Shown here: positions 1 through 7,876 of the stretch, piece by piece
Layout of the letters: each line of letters opens with the position of its first letter
Numbering within the stretch: the first letter of the stretch is position 1
Source: an uncultured Acidobacteriota bacterium
GTDB taxonomy: Bacteria; Acidobacteriota; Terriglobia; Bryobacterales; UBA6623
Assembly (NCBI GenBank): GCA_963817465.1
Contig: CAWFOP010000022.1
Coordinates: 586,152-650,151 of the forward strand
DNA length: 64,000 nucleotides
Direction of reading: 5' to 3'
Notes under the pieces: generated by a model
The model's input: the letters and a program-made list of their open reading frames with translations, nothing else
Database searches by the model: none
Told to the model about the DNA's origin: nothing
Translations under genes and position numbers: made by a program

Positions 1-269
1 CCTGGCTCGAAAACATCGACCGTAACCGGAGAGAGATTCTCGAAATCTTCGCGGCGACCTACGGCCGGTCGGCCGCGAAGATTTGGCTCGGCCGCTGGAG
101 GATTTTCATGATGGCTTGCGCCGAATTGTGGGGCTACCAGGGCGGGGAGGAGTGGCTGGTGGGCCACTACTTGCTCGAACCCGCGCCGGTTAAGATGGGG
201 TCGAAACAAATACTCGACGAAACCTCGGCCGATTTTGACGTTCCCATGCGGGAAACGGAGACGAAGTGA
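1..269 (+). CDS. SAM-dependent methyltransferase, cyclopropane-fatty-acyl-phospholipid synthase (CMAS) family, 3' fragment (5' end outside window)
   Basis: Frame 3 is open from the window edge to TGA 267-269. The translation ...KIWLGRWRIFMMACAELWGYQGGEEWLVGHYLL... matches the conserved C-terminal block of CFA-synthase-like methyltransferases. Confidence 0.7.
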   Translation, partial: WLENIDRNRREILEIFAATYGRSAAKIWLGRWRIFMMACAELWGYQGGEEWLVGHYLLEPAPVKMGSKQILDETSADFDVPMRETETK

Positions 270-1243
270 CGGAACAAGGCCCCTACAAGATGCGCACCAT
301 CACGCGCCTGACGGATTTTTCGCCGGCCTTGCTGCGCGCCTGGCAGCGCCGACACAACTTGCTCGAGCCGCTGCGCGGGCCGGGCGGGCATCGCTTGTAC
401 ACCGAAGACGACCTGCAAGTGCTGCTGCGCGTGCGAGAGCTGATGAAGCAAGGGCGTTCGATTGGGGAGATCGCCGGCTTCGGGCGCGAGACTTTGTTGC
501 GGCAAGCGCCGCAGGTCGCGGTCGCGGAACAGCCGAGCCTGGAGGCTCCCGAGACGCCTTCGGAGGAGTTGCGGGACGAGCTGCGCCGCCTACGCGAGGC
601 CATCATCGACGCCGCGCTGCAGATGGATTCGGGCCGCATCAACCAGGCGTTGGATGAGACATTTTCGCGCGTCTCGGCCGAGACGGCGATCTTCGAAGTC
701 ATTCAGCGCGGCGCTCGCGAGATCGGCGATCTGTGGATGTCGGGTCGCTGTAGTGTGGCGAGCGAGCATTTGGCGAGCGGGATTTTCGTGCACCGGCTGC
801 GCAAGCTCGTCGAGTCCGCTGAGCCGGCGCGGTCGGAATGGGCGCCGCTGATCGTGGCATGCTTTCCCGACGAGTACCATCAACTCGGAGCGCTGATTGT
901 CGCCTATGAGCTCTGTCGCAGCGGGCTGCGGGTGAGCTTTTTGGGGGCGGCGCTGCCGTTCGAGGATCTCGACGGAGCCTGTGACGTGATGCGGCCGGGC
1001 GCGGTGTTGCTGTCGGTGACTCGCGAAGCCGTCTACCAAATCCATCGCAGGAGCCTGCTCGACACTCTGCGGCACAGGCAGGGGGCGCTGCCGGTTTACA
1101 TCGGCGGCCAAGGGGCGCCGCAGAGCGATCCCCTGGTCGAGCGGGCGGGAGCGAAGCTGATTTCGGCCAAGAACGATTCGCGTCACGACCTGATCGGCGT
1201 CATCAACCAGATTCGCGATTCTCGGCGACGCCCGTTTCAGTAG
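266..1243 (+). CDS. MerR-family regulator with C-terminal cobalamin-binding domain (CarH/LitR-like light-responsive regulator)
   Basis: 325-aa ORF. N-terminal HTH ...LLRAWQRRHNLLEPLRGPGGHRLYTEDDL is MerR/CarH-like. C-terminal part has W-x9-E-H (WMSGRCSVASEH) and E-x-H-x-x-G (EYHQLG), then S-x-T 41 aa later and GG 27 aa later, which is the B12-binding signature spacing. The GTG start overlaps the upstream stop (GTGA). Alternative ATG at 290. Confidence 0.85.
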   Translation: MTEQGPYKMRTITRLTDFSPALLRAWQRRHNLLEPLRGPGGHRLYTEDDLQVLLRVRELMKQGRSIGEIAGFGRETLLRQAPQVAVAEQPSLEAPETPSEELRDELRRLREAIIDAALQMDSGRINQALDETFSRVSAETAIFEVIQRGAREIGDLWMSGRCSVASEHLASGIFVHRLRKLVESAEPARSEWAPLIVACFPDEYHQLGALIVAYELCRSGLRVSFLGAALPFEDLDGACDVMRPGAVLLSVTREAVYQIHRRSLLDTLRHRQGALPVYIGGQGAPQSDPLVERAGAKLISAKNDSRHDLIGVINQIRDSRRRPFQ

Positions 1244-1298
1244 TCGAGCCGCTCGGTTCGAAGTTTTCCGGATATATTGGAGGCGGAGACGGACACCG

Positions 1299-1700
1299 TT
1301 GTTCGCCAGGCTCGTTGCGGCGCTGTTGATCGGCGCGTTGTGCTTGCCGGCGGCGCCGAGCGGGATGCTTGGCGCAAGAGCGCACGAAGCGTCCGTCTCG
1401 ATCGCCGCGGCCGCCGCTTCCATCCCCTGGCCGGACGTCTCCGAACGCAAGAACCCTGATCCTGTCGGCGCGTGCGCGGCCGCCCCGCTGTCAACCCGCG
1501 GAGGACCGGCGCTCAGCAAGCCGCGGTCCGTCCGCCCGGCCGTCGATGCGGACCTCGGCCCGCCGGCGCTCGGCGCCGTGTACGTCCGCGGCCCCCCTGC
1601 GGTTGATGTTCCGAGATTGCGCGGCGGATGCGGCGATCCGCCCGCCCGAGAGCGCGCCGCCGCGCGCTCCGTTGCGGATTACGTCGGCGGTTCATTGTGA
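1299..1700 (+). CDS. hypothetical secreted Ala/Pro/Gly-rich protein
   Basis: 133-aa ORF with a TTG start ~15 nt after GGAGG (1279-1283). Signal-like N-terminus MFARLVAALLIGALCLPAAPSG. No family recognised. Competing ORFs in other frames of this GC-rich DNA. Confidence 0.35.
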   Translation: MFARLVAALLIGALCLPAAPSGMLGARAHEASVSIAAAAASIPWPDVSERKNPDPVGACAAAPLSTRGGPALSKPRSVRPAVDADLGPPALGAVYVRGPPAVDVPRLRGGCGDPPARERAAARSVADYVGGSL

Positions 1701-1713
1701 GCAGGAGTTCGCC

Positions 1714-1824
1714 ATGGCTACGAAGTATTCGCGTCGTCAGGACATCATGTTTACGGCCAAGTTGATCACGATCTGCAGTTTGGTCGTGTTGGCGATTTGG
1801 GTCATCGACGGTTTTGTACGCTGA
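1714..1824 (+). CDS. small (36 aa) single-pass membrane protein, hypothetical
   Basis: ATG 1714 is preceded by GCAGGAG (1701-1707). MATKYSRRQDIMFTAKLITICSLVVLAIWVIDGFVR has a basic N-terminus and one hydrophobic helix. A strong hairpin follows directly. Confidence 0.4.
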   Translation: MATKYSRRQDIMFTAKLITICSLVVLAIWVIDGFVR

Positions 1825-1832
1825 GACGGTCT

Positions 1833-1857
1833 CGGGCGGGCGGTTTGCGCCCGCCCG
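1833..1857 (+). terminator. GC-rich hairpin (10-bp stem CGGGCGGGCG/CGCCCGCCCG, loop GTTTG), putative terminator without U-tract
   Basis: Perfect inverted repeat 1833-1842/1848-1857, 9 nt after the stop at 1822-1824. Confidence 0.45.
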
Positions 1858-1924
1858 GACACCCCTGAGGACGTGGAAATCGTACACGACGCACGTCTGA
1901 CAGCATCGGTTCGGAGAATTCGCT

Positions 1925-1962
1925 CCACAGTCGACCACTTAACTTCCACAGAAAGCACCCAC
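1925..1962. promoter_or_regulatory. four CCAC(A/T) boxes at ~10-13 bp spacing (inverted MraZ-box-like array)
   Basis: CCAC at 1925, 1935, 1946 and 1959. The reverse complement equals the (A/T)GTGG boxes found at 2092-2115. Confidence 0.3.
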
Positions 1963-2049
1963 CTGACCGCTGGGTAATATCGCCCAATTGTAGACATCTA
2001 TCCGCTGACCACAACATATAGTGGCCGCTAATTTTATGTAAATAGACGC

Positions 2050-2083
2050 TTGACTCGGGACTACGGTTCGTCGAACCTATTAG
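2050..2083 (+). promoter_or_regulatory. candidate dcw (Pmra-like) promoter region
   Basis: TTGACT at 2050-2055. Only weak -10 candidates follow (TATTAG 2078-2083 at a non-optimal spacing). Position is just upstream of the GTGG repeats. Confidence 0.25.
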
Positions 2084-2091
2084 GGACTGAA

Positions 2092-2126
2092 GTGGCCGAA
2101 AGTGGTTGGTTGTGGTCAACTTGTGA
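2092..2126 (+). promoter_or_regulatory. direct GTGG repeats with 10-bp period: putative MraZ operator
   Basis: aGTGG 2092, aGTGG 2102, tGTGG 2112 and tGTGA 2123, lying 31-65 nt upstream of the mraZ ATG. Confidence 0.5.
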
Positions 2127-2156
2127 AGCCTTCCGCTTCAGCCGCCGAAATGTGCC

Positions 2157-2609
2157 ATGTTCCACGGAACCCAAACCGGGAGTGTCGACGAGAAATATCG
2201 GCTCAAGATGCCCTCGGCCGTGCGTCATTCTCTGCTGGACGAGTACAGCAGCGGAGACTTCTTCGTGACAAGTTTGGACGGCAAGCAAGTGCGGGTGTAT
2301 CCGGTTTCGGAGTGGGACGAGGTCGAGCGCAAGCTCACGACGCCGTCGGACAACGCCGACCCGCACGAGGGCACGCGAAGAAAGAAGATTTTGCGCCGGG
2401 CGAATCACTACGGCGCAGACGCTTCCTTGGACAACCAAGGACGCATCCTCATCCCCGGGTCTTTGCGGGAGGACTCGGGGGTGAGGGGCGAGGTTTTCTT
2501 GCAGTGGTCGGGCAACCACCTCTTGGTGATCGGCGCCGCGGAATACAACCGGCAACTCGCCGAGCTCGATCAAGATGACCTCGAGTTTGCGGACAAGTTG
2601 GGAGTCTAA
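2157..2609 (+). CDS. mraZ: transcriptional regulator MraZ
   Basis: 150 aa. MFHG... N-terminus and two DxxxR motifs (DEKYR, DNQGR). First gene of the dcw cluster. Confidence 0.95.
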   Translation: MFHGTQTGSVDEKYRLKMPSAVRHSLLDEYSSGDFFVTSLDGKQVRVYPVSEWDEVERKLTTPSDNADPHEGTRRKKILRRANHYGADASLDNQGRILIPGSLREDSGVRGEVFLQWSGNHLLVIGAAEYNRQLAELDQDDLEFADKLGV

Positions 2610-2636
2610 CGGATTGGATGACCGAGGTAAAGCTAT

Positions 2637-3506
2637 TTGTCGCATTACCCGGTTTTGTTGGAGGAAGTCGCCGCTTACTTGGCGATCGACCCGGACGGCG
2701 TCTATGTCGATTGCACCCTGGGAGCGGGGGGATACGCGGAAAGGATCCTGAGCACGCTCAAAGGCGGCGAACTGATAGCGATTGACCGGGATGACGGAGC
2801 GATTACGGCGGCGCGGGAGAGGCTGGAGGCGTTCGCAAACAAGGTGACCTATTACCAAGGCAGCTTCGCTGAGATCGAACGGGCGGCAGGCCCGGAAGCG
2901 AAGCTCGCCGGCGTGGTCGCCGACCTCGGCCTGTCGCGCACGCAGCTCGAGGATCCCGAACGAGGCTTCAGCTTTCAGTCGAGCGGGCCATTGGACATGC
3001 GATTTGACCGCGGTTCGACCGAGCTGACGGCCGCGCAAATTCTCAATCACTACGACGAGAGGGATATCGCCGATTTGCTATTCCAGCTTGGCGGCGAGAG
3101 GAGGAGCAGAAGAGTCGCTAGAGCCATTGTTCGGGGGCGGCCGATCCGCGATACGCGCCATTTGGCCCAGATCGTGGAGCGCGCCGTCCCTCGGACGCCT
3201 CGGATGAAGATTCATCCGGCGACTCGGACGTTCCAGGCCCTGCGGATCGCGGTGAACGACGAGCTGGGGCAGGTCGACCGGCTGCTCGAAGCGGCCCCGC
3301 GGCTGTTGCGGCCGGGCGGCCGGATGGTGATGGTGAGCTTTCACAGCCTGGAAGACGGGCGCGTGAAGCGGGCGTTCCGAGCGTTGGCGCGGACAGGCGA
3401 GTTCGAGATTTTGACGAAGCGGCCGGTGGGGCCGAGCGAGGAAGAGGTTCGAGTAAATCCGGCGAGCCGCAGCGCCAAGCTGCGGGCGTTGGGGAGGACG
3501 GCATAG
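2637..3506 (+). CDS. rsmH: 16S rRNA (cytosine1402-N4)-methyltransferase RsmH
   Basis: 289 aa. HYPVLLEEV and DCTLGAGGY SAM-binding motifs. TTG start. Canonical position after mraZ. Confidence 0.95.
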   Translation: MSHYPVLLEEVAAYLAIDPDGVYVDCTLGAGGYAERILSTLKGGELIAIDRDDGAITAARERLEAFANKVTYYQGSFAEIERAAGPEAKLAGVVADLGLSRTQLEDPERGFSFQSSGPLDMRFDRGSTELTAAQILNHYDERDIADLLFQLGGERRSRRVARAIVRGRPIRDTRHLAQIVERAVPRTPRMKIHPATRTFQALRIAVNDELGQVDRLLEAAPRLLRPGGRMVMVSFHSLEDGRVKRAFRALARTGEFEILTKRPVGPSEEEVRVNPASRSAKLRALGRTA

Positions 3507-3508
3507 AG

Positions 3509-4201
3509 ATGGCGACGGCGGCCGGTTTGGTATGGGACGAGACACAAGATGTCGACGAAGGCCGCGGTGTCGAGGAGCTCGAGATTCCTCGCGCGGCCCG
3601 GACGCATTTGACCTTTGACGCATTGACCTTTGACGCAACGGAGAAGCGCCAAAGAAGCCGGGAGCGGCTCGAGCCTGCAGGCGTACCGGTTGTGCGCGGG
3701 TTCCTCTACGACGGAGCGCGCTGCGGTCGGGCGGTGAGGGCCGGGCTCTCCCGGCGGGGCGCTTATCGCGGGCCTCTGCCGATGGAAGAACTGGGAGTGT
3801 TCCGCAAGCGGATCGGCAACCAAGGGTTGCGGCGGCGTTCGAGCGCGGAGGGGAAGTCCTCGTGGCGCACCGGCGTGGCCGTGGGGCTGGCGGCTCTGGT
3901 GATGGGCATAGTGATGTTCGGGCCGCGGGCCTGGTTGCGACAGTCCGGCTACCGCGTGGCCGAGATGATGGAGCAACGGCAGGAGCTGTCGGAGATTCAG
4001 TACCACTTGCGCGTCCGGCAGGCGCAGTTGAGCGATTTGAAGCGTGTTTCGGAGTTGGCGGCCGCGAAGGGACTCGAGGCGCCGCCGCCCGGGAACTACA
4101 CGTGGCAGGACGTCAGCATTCCGGCCACGCCAAGCCAGAGCGATCTGGCGCGTACGTTTAAGGCGCCGCCGGATTTGGCCGATGCGCCGATTTTGGATTA
4201 A
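3509..4201 (+). CDS. ftsL: cell division protein FtsL-like (long N-terminal extension)
   Basis: ATG 3509 lies 10 nt after GGAGGA (3493-3498). The C-terminal ~140 aa has one TM (VAVGLAALVMGIVMF) plus a coiled coil (EMMEQRQELSEIQYHLRVRQAQLSDLKR), in the ftsL slot between rsmH and ftsI. Alternative ATG at 3782 has no SD. Confidence 0.7.
   Translation: MATAAGLVWDETQDVDEGRGVEELEIPRAARTHLTFDALTFDATEKRQRSRERLEPAGVPVVRGFLYDGARCGRAVRAGLSRRGAYRGPLPMEELGVFRKRIGNQGLRRRSSAEGKSSWRTGVAVGLAALVMGIVMFGPRAWLRQSGYRVAEMMEQRQELSEIQYHLRVRQAQLSDLKRVSELAAAKGLEAPPPGNYTWQDVSIPATPSQSDLARTFKAPPDLADAPILD
3601..3637 (+). repeat. 15/16-nt tandem duplication (GACGCAT(T)TGACCTTT x2.4) inside the ftsL 5' region
   Basis: Direct reading: gacgcatttgaccttt gacgcattgaccttt gacgca. 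It encodes LTFDA-LTFDA. Confidence 0.8.
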
Positions 4202-4247
4202 CGGTTTTGCGGGCTAACGGACTGGTATTTCAGGGGGCGTCAGGACC

Positions 4248-6398
4248 ATGCAACGGGGTGTCCAAGGCGAACCGACCGCCGCGGCGAGAGCCGTCGGCGG
4301 CGCCGGAGTCCGCTCTTTTTTTTCTAGCCGCGGCTTTCGGCTCATCGTAGCCGGGCTCGCGTGCAGTCTCTGGCTGGGCGGAGTCATCTACCGGCTGTGG
4401 GACTTGCAGGTGCGTCAGGCGGAAGTGCTCGTCGGCCGCGCGCAGCGGCAGCACCAGGGCGAGATCACGATGCGCGCCACGCGCGGCGCGATCCTCGACC
4501 GTCACGGCGTTGAGCTGGCGTTGAGCACGCCGGTCGAATCGGTCGGCGTCTTCCCGAAAAAGGTCAGCGACCCGGAGTGGCTGGCGTCGATTCTGGCGAA
4601 CGTGCTGGGCGAGCGTCCGGCCGACGTCGCCGAGAAGCTGACCGGCGAGCGCTTTCAGTGGCTGCGCCGCCAGGCGGACCCAGGCGTGAGCGAGCGGCTC
4701 AAGGAGCTCAACATCAAGGCGCTGCATTTCGAGAAGGAGAGCCGGCGCTACTACCCGAAGGGCACGCTGGCGGCGCATGTGTTGGGCTTCGTCGGTGTGG
4801 ATCACGAAGGCTTGGGCGGTCTCGAGCTGCAGTACCAGGACGCCTTGTCCGGTCGCGACGGCCTGCGGCTGGTGCACTACGACGCGCTGCGGCAGAGCTA
4901 TGACACCTCGATCGTCGAGGCGCCGATTCCCGGAGCGGCTTTGCAGCTCACGCTCGACGAAGGCATTCAGGGGTTGGCGGAAGAGAGCCTCGAGAAGGCG
5001 ATCCATGAGACGAGGGCGCGCGCCGGAGCGATCGTCGTGATGGATCCGCAGAACGGAGACGTGCTGGCGCTGGCGAACTGGCCGACGTTCGACCCCAACA
5101 AACGGCCCAGCGGCGACGAGCAGCGCGACTACGCGATTTCGGCGCTGTATGAGCCGGGCTCGACCTTCAAGATCGTCACGGTTTCAGCGGCGCTCGAGGA
5201 AGGCTTGACGACGCCCGACGAGCTCATTGACTGCCAGCACGGCACAATTTACATCGGCCGCCGCCGGATTCGCGATCACAAGGCCTATGACTTGCTGACC
5301 GTTTCCGACGTGCTGGCCCACTCGAGCAACGTGGGCGCGATCAAGCTGGGGCTGCGGCTGGGCGCGACCAACATGCATCGTTATGTGCGAGACGTATTTC
5401 ACTTCGGCGAGCCGACCGGCATCGAGTTGCCGGGCGAGGCCGAGGGGATGGTGCACCCGATCAAGCATTGGCGCGACGGCTCGGTGGCCTCGGTGTCGAT
5501 GGGGCACGAAATTACGGTGACGCCGCTGCAGATGGCGCAGGCGGTTTCAATCGTCGCCAACGGCGGCATGTTGGTGCGGCCGCGGCTGGTGGATGCGGTG
5601 GTGGACCCGTCCGGCCGCAAGCGCCTCCTCGCGCGCCCCGAGCCCAAGCGCGTCTTGAGCGCCGAGACGGCGGCGCGGCTGCGGGCCATGATGGAGCGCA
5701 CGGTTTCAGAGGGCACCGGACGATTGGCGATTACGCCCGGTTATCGCGTGGGCGGCAAGACCGGCACGGCGCAAATGATCGACCCGGACACGCACGCGTA
5801 TTCCCATCAAGAGTACATGGCGAGCTTCGCCGGGTTCGCGCCGGTAAACAATCCATCGCTGACAGCGCTCATCGTGCTCGAAGCGCCGCACGGAGCTTAC
5901 TACGGCGGACAAGTGGCGGCGCCCGTGTTTCGCCAGGTGGCGTCGCAAGCGCTGCGCCTGCGAGACGTGCCCGAGGATTTGCCGACCGGCGGACCGAGGC
6001 CGGTGGAGGATCTGCCGGCTGCCTTGCTTGCGGATCTGGCCGACTACGCTCGCGATCCGCTGCCGCCCGCGATCCCGCGTGGAGCGGACGGAGCGATCTT
6101 GGTGGCGGGAGCGAGCGGCCGCTCGTCCGACGGCGGTGAGGAGAAGATCGATCACCCGAAGTCCGAGCGCGGCGGCAAAGTGAATCTGCGCTTCACCGGG
6201 CTCGAGACGCCGGACTTGCGTGGCGCGACCTTGCGCGAGGCGCTAACCGAGGCGAGCCGTTTGGGGCTGCGCGTCGAGACGACGGGACAGGGAGTAGTGG
6301 TGAGGCAGCGGCCGACGCCGGGAGCGCCGGTCGAGAAGGGCGGGCTGATCCGCTTGGAGTTAGGACGCATGGTCGCGGAGGTGCGCCCCACGCGATGA
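4248..6398 (+). CDS. ftsI: peptidoglycan D,D-transpeptidase FtsI (class B PBP) with C-terminal PASTA domain
   Basis: 716 aa. N-terminal TM. SxxK (STFK), SxN (SSN) and KTG (KTGT) motifs. The last ~65 aa (VNLRFTGLETPDLRGATLREALTEASRLGLRVETTGQGVVVRQRPTPGAPVEKGGLIRLEL) look PASTA-like. Confidence 0.92.
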   Translation: MQRGVQGEPTAAARAVGGAGVRSFFSSRGFRLIVAGLACSLWLGGVIYRLWDLQVRQAEVLVGRAQRQHQGEITMRATRGAILDRHGVELALSTPVESVGVFPKKVSDPEWLASILANVLGERPADVAEKLTGERFQWLRRQADPGVSERLKELNIKALHFEKESRRYYPKGTLAAHVLGFVGVDHEGLGGLELQYQDALSGRDGLRLVHYDALRQSYDTSIVEAPIPGAALQLTLDEGIQGLAEESLEKAIHETRARAGAIVVMDPQNGDVLALANWPTFDPNKRPSGDEQRDYAISALYEPGSTFKIVTVSAALEEGLTTPDELIDCQHGTIYIGRRRIRDHKAYDLLTVSDVLAHSSNVGAIKLGLRLGATNMHRYVRDVFHFGEPTGIELPGEAEGMVHPIKHWRDGSVASVSMGHEITVTPLQMAQAVSIVANGGMLVRPRLVDAVVDPSGRKRLLARPEPKRVLSAETAARLRAMMERTVSEGTGRLAITPGYRVGGKTGTAQMIDPDTHAYSHQEYMASFAGFAPVNNPSLTALIVLEAPHGAYYGGQVAAPVFRQVASQALRLRDVPEDLPTGGPRPVEDLPAALLADLADYARDPLPPAIPRGADGAILVAGASGRSSDGGEEKIDHPKSERGGKVNLRFTGLETPDLRGATLREALTEASRLGLRVETTGQGVVVRQRPTPGAPVEKGGLIRLELGRMVAEVRPTR

Positions 6399-7876
6399 CG
6401 CTCGATGTGCTGCTTGCCGCCTCGGAACCATTGAGCGACGTCCCTGCCCTGCCGGTGAGCGGTTTGGAGTTCGACTCGCGCAAGATCACCCCGGGAGAAG
6501 TGTTCTTCGCCTTTCCGGGCGAGCACGTCGACGGGCACGACTTTATTGAAAAAGCGCGCGCCGGCGGCGCATCCGCCGTGGTGAGCGAGCGCCCCCGCCC
6601 GGAAGGCGACACGAGACCCTGGGTGCAAGTGCGCCACGGCCGGCGCGCGCTGGCCGCCGCGGCCCTCGAATTTTACGGACATCCGGACCGGCGACTGCGG
6701 CTGGTCGGGGTGACCGGCACCAACGGCAAGACCACGACCGTCTACCTGATTGACTCCATCCTGAGAGCGGCTGGCTTCACGACGGGCCGCTTCGGGACGA
6801 TTGAACACCGGATCGGCGATGAGGCGGTGACGGCCGTGAATACGACGCCCGAGTCGCTCGATCTGGTCCGACTCCTGGTCCAGCTCGAGAAGGCGAACGG
6901 TTCGCACGCCGTGCTCGAGTCCTCCTCCCACGCCCTCGAGCTGGGCCGGGTTCATGGCTTTCGATTCGACACGGCGGTGTTCACGAATCTGAGCCAGGAC
7001 CATCTGGACTTCCACGGCGACATGGAGGGTTATTTCGCGGCCAAGCGCAAGCTGTTCGAAGGCCTCGGAGACGGTCCCCCCCGAGTCGGCGTGATCAATG
7101 GCGACGATCCGTACGGCCGCCGGCTGCTCGAGCTCGGCGCCTTTCGCCCCATGTCGTATGCGATGACCGGTCCAGCGGACGTCCGCGCGATGCGAGTCGA
7201 GACCGACTTTGAAGGCCTGCGCATGAGCGTCGAGACGCCCAGCGGTCCGCTCGAGATTCGCTCGAGCATGACGGGGCGCTTCAACGCGGCGAACATCTTG
7301 GCCGCGGTCGGCGCGGGAGTTGGATTCGACCTCGACCTGGCGACGATCGCTCAAGGCGTTGAGGCGTTCCAGGCGGCGCCGGGGCGCTTCGAGACGATTC
7401 GCGAAGGCCAGCCTTTCGCCGTCGTCGTCGACTACGCGCACACCGACGACGCGCTGAAGAATGTCTTGACGGCGGCGCGGGAGCTGCTGGCGGGCAAGGG
7501 GCGCGTGCTGACGGTTTTCGGTTGCGGCGGCGACCGCGACCGCAAGAAGCGGCCGTTGATGGGAGAGGCGGCTGGGCGGCTAAGCGACCGCGTAATTGTT
7601 ACCTCGGACAATCCGCGCCATGAAGATCCGCTGCGCATCATCGCTGACGCAGAGGTCGGGCTGCAGCGCGTGGACGCGAACTACTCGCGCGAGCCGGATC
7701 GCCGAGCGGCGATTGCGAAAGTATTGTCTGAAGCATGTCCGGGCGACATTGTCGTGATCGCCGGCAAGGGACATGAGCCCTATCAACAGGTAGGCGACGA
7801 GAAGCTGCCGTTCGACGATCGGGGAACGGCCCGTGAGTTGCTCAAACAACTGTCCGGAGGTCGCCGGCCGCAGTGA
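6395..7876 (+). CDS. murE: UDP-N-acetylmuramoyl-L-alanyl-D-glutamate--2,6-diaminopimelate ligase
   Basis: 493 aa. GTNGKTT P-loop and DNPR motif (meso-DAP type). 4-nt overlap with ftsI. Confidence 0.95.
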   Translation: MTLDVLLAASEPLSDVPALPVSGLEFDSRKITPGEVFFAFPGEHVDGHDFIEKARAGGASAVVSERPRPEGDTRPWVQVRHGRRALAAAALEFYGHPDRRLRLVGVTGTNGKTTTVYLIDSILRAAGFTTGRFGTIEHRIGDEAVTAVNTTPESLDLVRLLVQLEKANGSHAVLESSSHALELGRVHGFRFDTAVFTNLSQDHLDFHGDMEGYFAAKRKLFEGLGDGPPRVGVINGDDPYGRRLLELGAFRPMSYAMTGPADVRAMRVETDFEGLRMSVETPSGPLEIRSSMTGRFNAANILAAVGAGVGFDLDLATIAQGVEAFQAAPGRFETIREGQPFAVVVDYAHTDDALKNVLTAARELLAGKGRVLTVFGCGGDRDRKKRPLMGEAAGRLSDRVIVTSDNPRHEDPLRIIADAEVGLQRVDANYSREPDRRAAIAKVLSEACPGDIVVIAGKGHEPYQQVGDEKLPFDDRGTARELLKQLSGGRRPQ

